DNA from: Octopus sinensis
Lineage: Eukaryota
DNA length: 64,000 nt
Reading direction: 5' to 3'
Assembly (NCBI RefSeq): GCF_006345805.1
Contig: NC_043015.1
Location: 50,034,001-50,098,000, forward strand
Shown here: positions 24,514 through 36,555 of the stretch, one piece after another
Numbering within the stretch: position 1 is the first letter of the stretch
Layout of the letters: the number at the start of each line of letters is the position of its first letter
Program-made: the position numbers and the translations under genes
The notes under the pieces: model-generated
Databases searched by the model: none
The model's input: the letters and a program-made list of their open reading frames with translations, nothing else
Told to the model about the DNA's origin: nothing

Positions 24514-25613
24514 TATACATATATATATATATATATTACGGAGATGTACTCGCATAGCAAGTAATTTGATCTGAGATTGTGTGCTGAAACGAAAACAGTT
24601 GCAGCGTGGAGGGTGTTTATAAGCCATTTAAGAAACACACAAAAGCCGTTCGATTCACTTCAATATTAAATGTACCATGTACCAAATTTACAAGTTCTTG
24701 GTCCACCCAGTGCTGTAGTAGAAGACACTTGCCCAAAGTGTCATGCAGTGGGACTGAACATGAAATCACGCAACTACAAAGCTAGATTCATAACCACATG
24801 GTCAAGCCTGCATTTCTTCCTCTGTACATGTATGCATTTTTGAGACCATGTGTACGTACAAGTATCTATACATGGTCATTGTCCCTTAATGTTCATTTCT
24901 CATATCAGCACGGGTTGGGCGTTTTGACCGGAGGTGGAAAACTGGAGCGCTGCACCCAGTTCCAGTCTGATTTGGCTTGGTTTCATCAGCTCGATGCCCT
25001 TACTAATGCCAACAACTTTACAGTGTGTGCCGGGTGCTTTCAAAGTGGCACTGCACAAGCGCTTCTATGAGTAACTGGCGTGAGTGCTTTTTACATACAC
25101 ACAAACACACAAATATATTTATATGTATATATGCATATGTAAATTTATGTATGGCTATACATTATATGTGTGAGTGTATATCATTAGAAAAGGCTCTTAT
25201 GGTAGCAGAAGACCAATAAAAGCACCTGAGATCCAAGAACATTGATTGCGAGCGACAACACGGCACTGAATTGGTGACAGTATGTTGCATATGGATCAAC
25301 ATATATGTTTAAGTATCTATGCATATACATATGCACATGTGTGTATATATATATGTATATTCAAACGGTGCTATGTCTTTTTGTCCGATGATATTTTTTG
25401 TCCAATGACAAATCCTATCAATAAAATTCTCAATGCTTATTTGATTTTGATGTTCACCTTGTTTTCTGAAGAGTTTATTTAAAATTGGACAAAAAAAATC
25501 ATCAAACTATAAGACATCAGATCAAAAGACATGCACGAAGTGACATTGGACAAAGTGAAATCAGACAAAAAATTGGGTCACGAATCATACAAGTATACAC
25601 ATATGTATGAATA

Positions 25614-25648
<35 letters not shown>

Positions 25649-25910
25649 TTAACGTCCGTTTTCCATGCTAGCATGGGTTGGACGGTTTTGACTGAGGGCT
25701 GGCAACCAGATGGCTGCACCAGGCTCCAGTCTTGATCTGGCAGAGTTTCTACAGCTGGATGCCCTTCCTAACGCCAACCACTCCAAGAGTGTAGTGGGTG
25801 CTTTTCACATGCCACCTGCACGGGGGCCAGTCAGGCGGTACTGGCAATGACCTCGCTATTTATGCATATATACACATGCACTCAGATAAAAATGGGTGGA
25901 TGAAGGAATA

Positions 25911-25950
<40 letters not shown>

Positions 25951-27568
25951 ACAAGGAGGCCTAAAAGTAGGTTTACAGTTATCATGTAGGCACTATGAAT
26001 TTCTTTTAAAACATTTTATTACATCTAAATTTCTATCTTACAAATTGAAAAGGGAGCTTGACAAAATTAACAAAATTAACATAGATTAATAGTTTACTCT
26101 TTACTCTTTTACCTGTTTCAGTCATTTGACTGTTGCCATGCTGGAGCACAGCCTTTAGTCGAGCACATCAACTCCAGGACCTATTCTTTATAAGCCTAGT
26201 ACTTATTCTATTGGTCTATTTTGCCGAACCACTACATTACGGGGACATAAGCACACCAGCATTGGTTGTCAAGTGATGTTGGGGGGACAAACACAGACAC
26301 ACAAACATATACACACGCACACATATATATACATATATACGACAGGCTTCTTTCAGTTTCCATCAATCAAATCCACTCACAAGGCTTTGGTTGGCCCGAG
26401 GCTATAGTAGAAGACACTTGCCCAAAGTGTCACACAGTGGGACTGAACCCAGAACCAAGTAGTTTGTAAGCAAGCTACTTACCACACAGCCACTCACTTC
26501 ATATCTTTTTATAATTAAGATCTAAATTGTTAATATATGAATGCAAAAGAGATAGTTGAATAACTATATATATGTATGTATATGTATGTGTATGTGTATA
26601 CACACACACTTATATATGTATGTATGTAAATGCATAACAGAAGGAATGTGCACGTGTGTGTGTGTATTATGTTTAGGTAAACACACAGACATGTGAGATT
26701 TTATAAGAGTGCACATGTGCACAATAGCGTGTGCACATGTGCATAACTGTGTGTGTGTGTGTGCATATGCATATGCACACTTGCACTTGTTCGTGTGCAT
26801 AAGAGGAAGGAAAATCTTGAAGGAGAGAGAGCAGGGAAGAGAAGGAGGGCGCTAGTCTCTCTATGGAATCCTTAAAACGGAGGCTCTAATGGAATGACAA
26901 TATCTCCATTTCTGATAACCTCATTGGTCTTTTATAGTCTCCTCTATCTTTCCCTCCCACTTGCAAACACACACACATTCGTGTGCGCGTGCGTATGCAC
27001 ACACAGACAAATACACACACAGACACACACATAAACACACACACACAAATATATACAGACACACAGACACACAATTCTAATTTAAAACTATTGGTAAATC
27101 TAATTCAGGCACCAGCTTGACCTTGATAGCAGGAATTTATGGCATAAACACTTAAGACTGTAGCAGAGTCACTGATATCAATGGAGATACATCAACTCAA
27201 TGTGTATATATATATATATATATATATGTTTTACTCTTTTACTTGTTTCAGTCATTTGACTGCGGCCATGCTGGAGTACCGCCTTTAGTCGAGCAAATCG
27301 ACCCCAGGACTTATTCTTTGTAAGCCTAGTATGCATTCTATTGCTCCATATTGCCGAACCGCTAAGTTGCGGGGACGCAAACACACCAGCCTTTAGTCAA
27401 GCAAATTGACCCCAAGACTTATTCTTTGTAAGCCTAGTACTTATTCTATCGGTTTCTTTTGCCAAACCACTAAGTTACAGGTATGTAAACACACCAGCAT
27501 TGGTTGTTAAGCGATGTTGGGGGGACAAACACTGACACATAAATATACACACACTGACACATAAATAT

Positions 27569-27613
<45 letters not shown>

Positions 27614-27885
27614 CATATATACGATGGGCTTCTTTCAGTATCTGTCTACCAAATCCACTCACAAGGCTTTGGTCAGCCCGAGGTTACAGTAGAAGACACT
27701 TGCCCAAGGTGCTACGCAGTGGGACTGAACCCGGAACCATGTGTTTGGTAAGCAAGCTACTTACCACACAGCCACTTCTACTATATATATATATATATAT
27801 ATTGATAGAAATGGTAAGACAACAAAAGAATGAAAGAGACCTTGATATTATGTAAATAGAGGAATTTATCTGTAAATATAATATA

Positions 27886-28076
27886 TGACAGTTATTCAGT
27901 AGCCATGATAAAACTCTGAGTCTCAGATGTCGGAATGGAAATCCACGCAGACATCTCTTCATCTTGGGCCATCAAAGAAAATGATTGATGGCCCGATAAC
28001 TGAAGAGATGCCGGCGTGGGTTTCTGCCCCAACATCTGAAACTCCGAGTTTTATCATGGCTACTGAATAATTGTCA
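27886..28076. repeat. Fold-back palindrome (arms ~90 bp, 9-nt loop)
   Basis: tgacagttattcagtagcc..gggccatcaa / agaaaatga / ttgatggccc..gaataattgtca. Confidence 0.95.
27995..28055 (+). ncRNA. Hammerhead-like motif (extra U before GAAA)
   Basis: gataa-CTGAAGA-gatg(..)catc-t-GAAA-ctc c gag-TT-ttatc; decayed mirror copy at ~27906-27960 (-). Confidence 0.6.
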
Positions 28077-28087
28077 CAAATCATATT

Positions 28088-28118
<31 letters not shown>

Positions 28119-28691
28119 TTAAAGGAATACAAAAAATGGGATAGGAATGCAAAACATCCAGACAGATGATACAAAAAAAGGGACAAGAAAAAATATAGAC
28201 AGGTCATTCAAAGTTTTGTTTCCTCAGTCGAGTTCCAGATTATCTTTGCAATTTCAGCTGGTTATACTTGAGATTGCTCCAATCTGGCCAGCCCCAAGGG
28301 AAAATAAGCTAAGAGCATTAGATTCCGTGGAAGAAAGCAGGGAATGTATATGAAAACAAGCACGGGAAAAAACAGAGAAATAGTACAAAAATACAAATGC
28401 ATACACACATACGTCTATATATCTATATATGTGTGTGCATATATGTGAGTGTGTGTGTGTGCGTGTGCATGTACAAATCAGAGAAAATGTTCTCAAAATA
28501 TTGTCCATTTAATTTATTCATTCATTTAATGTGAATGCTTTGAAGTTTATGGATACATATAAACACACACACACACACACGAAGACACAGAGAGTCCCAA
28601 AACGAACTTGAAATGCATTGATTAATTCACACAGAACCAGTTTCAATGCTCCACTTGTTCAAGATATAGCGCTCCTTTTGCCTTATATACA

Positions 28692-28722
<31 letters not shown>

Positions 28723-28933
28723 GCGTGTGTGTGTGCGTGTATATGTATGTATGTATGTGTACATCTTTTATAAACACACACATGCACATACTCACATCTC
28801 TCCCTCTCTTAATTTTTGTGTGTGCCTTTGTGTTTGTGCTTAACCCCCCACTACCCAACTACAACTTGACAATCAGGGTTAGTGTGTTCACATTCTGTAA
28901 CTTAGCAGTTCGGCAAAAGACACCAATAAAATA

Positions 28934-29202
28934 AATTTTTTAAAGTATATAATTATAAAAATATAATTATAATTAAGGGCTACTGGAAATAACCAGCACC
29001 TGGGCTAGAAGTAGATGTCAAATACCCACAATCTACTCTATTTTCTTGCTCATTCTCTCGTGTTTGACCTGTGGTTGAATATAGAGAACAAATTTTAGAG
29101 TAGATTGTGGGTATTTGACATCTATTTCTAGCCCAGGTGCTGGTTATTTCCAGTAGCCCTTAATTATAATTATATTTTTAAAATTATATACTTTAAAAAA
29201 TT
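28934..29202. repeat. Fold-back palindrome (arms ~107 bp, 55-nt loop)
   Basis: aagggctactggaaataaccagcacc..ctactcta mirrored by tagagtag..ccagtagccctt. Confidence 0.95.
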
Positions 29203-29204
29203 AA

Positions 29205-29255
<51 letters not shown>

Positions 29256-29256
29256 A

Positions 29257-29578
29257 TAATCAAAATAAGCAACAAGGATATCAAGGTAGTGTAGTACAAT
29301 CATTTCATACTACTTCATTTTATTAAACAGTGTAAGTATTACATCAGTTTTAAAATGTAGAGCACTCTTCGGCCACATATGGAATTTTTAAAATTAAATT
29401 GACAATGGAATAAGTATAAAAATGTACATTGTCAATTTAATTTTAAAATTCCATATGTGGCCGAAGAGTGCTCTACATTTTAAAACTGCTGTAATACTTA
29501 CATTGTTTAATAAAATAAAGTAGCATGAAACGATTGTACTACACTACTTTTGGATATCCTTGTTGTTTATTTTGATTA
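29257..29578. repeat. Fold-back palindrome (arms ~150 bp, 19-nt loop) carrying two hammerhead-like motifs
   Basis: taatcaaaataagc..ttgacaatg / gaataagtataaaaatgta / cattgtcaa..ttttgatta. Confidence 0.95.
29456..29543 (+). ncRNA. Hammerhead-like motif with CCGAAGA core and extended stem II
   Basis: tgtgg-CCGAAGA-gtgct(~50 nt)agcat-GAAA-cgattg-TA-ctaca; mirror copy at 29290-29377 (-). Confidence 0.55.
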
Positions 29579-29638
29579 TAATCACCCAATACCATACCAA
29601 ATTCTGGTGCCTTTAACTTAAGTATCATATTCATCTGA

Positions 29639-29669
<31 letters not shown>

Positions 29670-30182
29670 CTAATAGTGGCTCAAGGCTCGTGATTAAAAA
29701 GGTAAGGATGAGGAGTTGATGGCATCAGTTCTAGTACTTGACAGTTATTTTATTATAGTGACCCTATAAAGATGAAAGGCTAAGTTGACCTTGGCAGCAT
29801 TTGAACTCAGAACGTAAAAAAGTCGGAAGACAAACCACAAAGCCACTTTTCCCCATCAACAAAGAATTCTGCTAGCACACTGCCTTTGTATGCATGCATA
29901 CATACATGTGTGTGTGTGTGTGCATGTGTACATATATATATATGTTAATTTTGACTCAGGCCTGATTAATCAGGTATTATTTTGTAGCTTCAAAATTTTT
30001 ATGATGTGGTTGTATATTTTCAGAATGACATTGAAGTGTAGGTGTGATAGGCCGGATCTGGCTAGCTAGAACATAAAGCAAGGAGCATATTTGGGCTGGA
30101 TGTGGCCAGTTTAAATGCCAAAGGATTCAATGTTTGAACAGGAAACTATAGGACTGAAAGGATTTAAGTTTACAGATAGATG

Positions 30183-30478
30183 CAGTTGTGGCTAGGTACA
30201 GGTGTGGCTAGGCACAGGTGTGGCTAGGTACAGGTATGAAAAATCACAGGTGTGGTTAGGTACAGTTGTGGCTAGGCACAGGTGTGGATAGATACAGGTG
30301 TGGCTAGGCACAAGTGTGGCTAGGCACAGGTGTGGCTAGGTACAGGTGTGGATAGATACAGGTGTGACTAGGCACAAGTGTGGCTAGGCACAGGTGTGGC
30401 TAGGTACAGGTGTGGAAAGCACAGGTGTGGCTAAGTACAGGTGTGGCTAGGCATAGGTGTGGCTAGACACAAGTATGG
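30183..30478 (+). repeat. 16-bp minisatellite (aggcacaggtgtggct) x ~18
   Basis: Read directly; abuts a decayed family-1 SINE body at ~30480. Confidence 0.9.
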
Positions 30479-30647
30479 TCATGTGGTTGAAAAACTTGCT
30501 TCTCAACATTGTGGTCCTAGGTTCAGTCTCACTGAAGAGCACCTTGGGTAAGCATCTTGTCCTACTATAGCCCTGATCTGACCAAAGCTTTGGGAGTGAA
30601 TTTGGTAGACAGAAGCTGAGAGAAACTCATTGTAAATATGTGTTGTA

Positions 30648-30683
<36 letters not shown>

Positions 30684-33299
30684 TGGGTGAAGGTATGTAT
30701 GAAAGTGTGTGTTAGAGAGAGGGAAAAGAGAGAGAGAGAGAGTGTGTGTGTGTGTGTGAGGATGTGTATATCCTTGTCTTGAGATCTCATGATGGTTGTA
30801 AATAAGTGTCACCATCATACAAGTGAGGTTGTTCATTTCCAGCGTTTTGTGACAAATATAATTAGCCATAGAAAACATTAACTTGCTTGGCAACAACAGG
30901 TGAGGATTAGTGACAGGAAGAGCATCCCAGCATAGAAAAAGCTGCTTCAACACATTCACTCTGACCCATGCAAACAAGGAAAAATGTAAGTTAAACGGCA
31001 ATAACAAATTATGATGATGTGTATTTCGAAGCACTAGACACCATAATCTTTTCTATTGATCTCCACTTTGATCAGGCAAGGCACACGATACATTTAAGGC
31101 TGGCGACATTTACTTCTAAAGGTGACCAACAAAGAGAACCATGTCCATCTGACATAAATTATTTGATAGTTCAATTTCTGATATTTGAAGTTTCTCAGAG
31201 CAATAACTCCATTTGCTGTTTGGCAGACATTGTAAGCTAGCTGAATGCAAAAAGTAGCCAATTGCAAGCATTTGATATCAAAGATTTGTTCAATTTTCCC
31301 ACTTTTACTGGTAATTCCGGAAACATATTCTACAGCTGAATGAACATTTCCTCCTGCAGTAAGATGATTAAAGACATGTCTTTGGTCAAAAATGACACAA
31401 GCAAAATTAAATTCTCTAGTTTTACATCCATGTAACAAAGAACAAACAGAAATGGTAAATCTGATTGCAAGTTGCTGCACAATTTGATTTCCTAGAATGA
31501 GAAGTTGCAAAAGAATCTGGTAGATTCTGACTGACGGATGATAAAAATGTGTTCAATAATGACATTACAAGTCAAATAACTTGTAGGAACACCAGATTTT
31601 GTTATGCAAGCATAATATACTACTATCAAATATATTAAAGGCCTTATAAGTCAATATTGCGTCTTACCATGTTAGCAGTGCTACTAAATCACCTTTAGAG
31701 ATTATTTTTCATCTTTTATTGGTTTCATTCATTAGATTGCAGCCATGCTGGAGCACTGCCTTGAAAAACTTTTAGTCGAATCTCCACACATCCTCTATAG
31801 AAATTATATCCAACTCTAGGCACAGGAGTGGCTGTGTGGTAAGTAGCTTGCTTACCAACCACATGGTTCTGGGTTCAGTCCCACTACGTGGCACCTTGGG
31901 CAAGTGTCTTCTACTATAGCCTCGGGCCGACCAAAGCCTTGTGAGTGGATTTGGCAGACGGAAACTGAAAGAAGCCCGTCGTATATATGTATATATATAT
32001 GTGTGTGTGTGTGTGTTTGTGTGTCTGTGTTTGCCCTCCCCCCAACATCGCTTGACAACCGATGCTGGTGTGTTTACATCCCCATAACTTAGCAGTTCGG
32101 CAAAAGAGACTGATAGACTAAGTATTAGACTTACAAATGATAAGTCCTGGGGTCAATTTCCTCGACCAAAGGCGGTACTCCAGCATGGCCACAGTCAAAT
32201 GACTGAAACAAGTAAAAGAGTAAAAGAGTAACACTGACTTTGCGACAATATTTCAATTCTGAATACATCTGAAAAGTTCTTGGTTTTGGGTAAAAGAAAA
32301 TACAGGAGGATCAATTAATTACGATTTTATTCAACATTATTCTCCTCTCAGATTCACACACTTATTGCAGCGGTCCTTCAGTTTTTCTAAGCCCTGTAAA
32401 AGAACACAGAATGCAAAAAGGCCTCCGACCAGGCCTTTTGTGATAACCAAAAGTCAGGAACTTTTCAGCACCCCCTTGTACATACTTGTATTCATACATA
32501 TATAATTACCTATGTAGAACTTAGATACAATCTTATACACATTTATTTATTTATCTATTTATTTATGTGGATTTAATGTAGATTTAACGTACAGCTGGAC
32601 TTTACAGGATCAATATTTTCATTGGACAACTAGTGTAAAGGCTGGTCGATCACCTCCTACGCTGTGTCTAATGTCAAGACACTTAAATGATAAACAACCC
32701 TGTTGACCTCTCTGTAAACATACACAACAGAGCTGGGATACACAACATATTCCTGTAAGAGACAATGGTGAGTGGGGAAGGCCTCTGTGCTGTCTCTTGA
32801 CCTGCTAGAAATAGATGCTCATGATCAAATGTATGTGCTGTGCATTAGCTTGCTCCCTCCATCAAATCAATGTTGTCCGAGCAGGTGCAAAGTGCACCGT
32901 ATGTTAAGTGTCAAAGTGATTACAGAGCAAAGTGAGATGAAGTGTTTTGCTCAAGAACACAACACACTACCTGGTCTGGGAACTGAAACCAAGGTCTCGC
33001 GATCATGGGTACGAAACCCTGACCACCAGCCATGCACCCTCATAATAACAACAACAACAACAACAATAATAATAATAATGATAATCCTTTCTACTTAAAG
33101 GCACAAGGCCTGGAATTTGGGGGGAGGGGACTAGTCGATTACCATTGATCCCAGTGTTTCACTGGTATTTAATTCATCGGCCCCGAAAGGATAAAAGGCA
33201 AAGTCGACCTTGGCAGAATTTGAACTCAGAACATAAAGATGGACAAAATGCCACTAAGCATTTTACTCAGCATGCTAATGATTCCGCCAGGTCACTGCC

Positions 33300-33346
<47 letters not shown>

Positions 33347-33359
33347 TCAATCTTTTATT

Positions 33360-34030
33360 GGCCACAAGGGCTCATTTAAAAGAAATACAGCATAAAAGGC
33401 AAAAACAGGACGATACAATGGGATTTACAATGTGTAAACAATATAAATAACAATTATAAATTAAACAATTTAAAACTCCCAATAGGGGGGGCGCTTTAAG
33501 GACCTTGTAGAAAAACCCACAAAAGCCCCAGGTGCCTGACAACAGGGTAAAAGCCCTTCTTTCTTTTACAGGTGTATGCTCAGAATTGGTCCTTTCACAC
33601 TGGCCATTCTTCCAACATTCACCCACCTTTCAACAAACTTGCTACAAGGCAACACTTCTCTCTCCACCCACAACTTCCTTTTCAAGTGAAAGTTGAAGAG
33701 GGCTTGGCCAAAGAGGAAAGTGTCTGTCTTTAGCCCTTTCAAACGGGTTCACCATACTGCCTCTTTCGCTGCAGCCACTAGACAAATAAAAATTGTCTGT
33801 CCCTCCCAGCCAAAAGAGGGTGGTGGAGCAATCCTCACAATGGATTCAGCTGATAGCCAGATCCATCCATATGCGACAGCAAATGTTCAACATAAACCCA
33901 CAAGTCAGCAATACTCGGGCACTGGTTTCATTGTTCTGGGCGCACCTCAGGCAGGGCCAGCTGACGGCATTTCCGTGCCTGTAAAGTTTATCCTGAACAG
34001 GCAGTGACCCTTGGTAGCACTGCCAGGCAA
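33360..34030 (-). pseudogene. L1/Tx1-like LINE 3' end (ORF2 zinc-knuckle region and 3' UTR)
   Basis: CYQGSLPVQDKLYRHGNAVSWPCLRCAQNNET..QCPSIADLW; tail cccttgtggccaataaaa shared with a plus-strand UTR at ~58820-59080. Confidence 0.7.
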
Positions 34031-35843
34031 GTCAATCCCAGTGAAATTTGAACTCAGAACATAGCGACAGGCAAAATACTGTAAAGCATTTCACCCAGCA
34101 TACTAATGGTTCTGCCAGATCACCACCATAATAATGAAATTATAATTATTATTATTTCAAAATTTTGCCACAAGGACAGCTTGTGGGAGGAGGGGGGTGA
34201 GTCAATTACACCGATCCCCAGTGTTTAACTGGTACTTATTTTATCAACCATGAACGGATAAAAGGTAAAGTTGACCTTGGCAGAATTTGAACTCAGAACG
34301 CAGTGACGAGCAAAATACCTATTTTTTTACTACCCACAAGGGGCTAAACACAGAGAGGACAAACAAGGACAAACAAACGGATTAAGTCGATTATATCGAC
34401 CCTAGTGCGTAACTGATAGTTATTTAATCGACCCGGAAAGGATGAAAGGCAAAGTCGACCTCGGCGGAATTTGAACTCAGAACGTAGTAGCAGACGAAAT
34501 ACCACTGAGCGTTTCGCCTGGTGTGCTAACGTTTCTGCCAGCTCGCCGCCTTATACCGCCAAGCATTTCATCCAGTGTGCTAACAATTCTGCCAGTTCAT
34601 TACCTTAATGATGATGATGATGATGACAACGACGAAGATGATGAACTTATTTTTTGCAGGGCTCAAGTGTACTACACTTTTTAAAACAAAGGTTAGAAGG
34701 TGTGACAGGAAGTGGCGATAAATCAAGGAAAGAAAGACAGCAATGAAAGCTGGAAATCTTGTGCAAAGTACACAGAATAAAGCATGAAAAGAGAGGGGGA
34801 AAAAAACATGAAGAATAAAAGAGCCATGAAGAGGAGTAGAGAGTGCACAGGTAGTCAAGAACAGTGTTGATGAATTTCAGAAAGAATGGAATGTTTGAAG
34901 GGATCAGTGTCCTGATGTAACCCAATCTGGGTACTCTTCTTTCATTCACCTCAACCAACAGACACAATCTATCTCACGTTACATAATCTAATGTTCTTTT
35001 TGTTTTGTTTTCTTGCAGTGAATATAACAACCTGCAAAGAAAGGAAGCCAACAGGTAAACGATACCTGAACATAATACACTTTACTCTTTACTATTTTAC
35101 TTGTTTCTGTCATTTGACTGCGGCCATGCTGGAGCACCGCCTTTAGTCGAGCAAATCGACCCCGGGACTTATTCTTTGTAAGCCCAGTACTTATTCTATC
35201 GGTCTCTTTTTGCCGAACCGCTAAGTGACGGGGACGTAAACACACCAGCATCGGTTGTCAAGCAATGCTAGGGGGACAAACACAGACACACAAACACACA
35301 CATACATATACACGACAGGCTTCTTTCAGTTTCCGTCTACCAAATCCACTCACAAGGCATTGGTCGGCCCGGGGCTAGAGCAGAAGACACTTGCCCAAGA
35401 TGCCACGCAGTGGGACTGAACCCAGAACCATGTGGTTGGTTAGCAAGCTACTTACCACACAGCCACTCCTGTGCCTATCTTTGCTTCAGTTATTTAAGAG
35501 TTGAATTTTAGTGGTGGTCTCTTAGTTTAGTACCCCACATTGCCTGTAGTCGGTCAACAGGTCCTAGCATTTTGTTTGGTGGTTGATAAAGATCTTTTTT
35601 TTCCCCTCAAAGATTCTTTTTTTAAGTATATTTTGTCTTGCAATAAAGATGTCTTGTTACTGTTTCAAAATGCTTAGGTGGTATTTATTATTCTGACTCT
35701 TTACGCTCTGAGTTCAAACCCTGCTGAGATCAACTTTGCCTTTCATTCTTCCAGGGTTGACTAACCAATTTCAATTAAAATTACTGGCTTTGTGCAAAAA
35801 TTTGAAACAATTATTCTTTGAGTCGAGGCTCATCATGCACACG

Positions 35844-35879
<36 letters not shown>

Positions 35880-36509
35880 CATACATGCATACATACACAA
35901 ACATACATACACATGCACACACATACACATACACACACAAACACATACACACACACAGACACACATATGTATTGTGTTTGTATGTATGGATATGTATAGA
36001 TGTGTATCTCCATATATATATATATTTATATTTATATATATAAAGACCCCCTTTCGGTCATGAATGACCATGGGATTGCACCTAGAAAGTTACCCTCCTA
36101 GACACAAGTCCGGGCAAGGTTGTTTATGGAAGACCAGCAGTCACCCATGCAAACCAGCCTCCCCTCTCCATGCCACCAGTGTTATCCAAGGGAAAGACAA
36201 AGGTCGATACAGCTTGGCACCAGTGACGTCGCAACTCATTTCTACAGCTGAGTGAACTGGAGCAACGTGAATAAAGTGCCTTGCTCAAGAACACAATATA
36301 TATTTATATATATATATAGATATATATTTATATATACATATGTATATATATATACATATATATGTATGTGTATGTATGTGTGTATATATATATAAATTAT
36401 ATATTGGTAAAAACGGTAAGATAACAAAAGAAAGAAAGCGACCTCAATATTATGTAAATAGAAGAAAATTTATCTGTAAAATAATGTTTTCACCTCGTCA
36501 TCCGAGACT

Positions 36510-36555
<46 letters not shown>

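Noticed and set aside
28200-28330. Repeat with ggctg..cagct-GAAA-ttgcaa on the minus strand
   Set aside because: No recognisable CUGANGA and no UH cleavage site in register.
31240-31480. Minus-strand frame with MDVKLENL and KVGKLNKSL, recalling a kinase or Copia RT
   Set aside because: Motif spacing is wrong, stops intervene and no further motifs are present.
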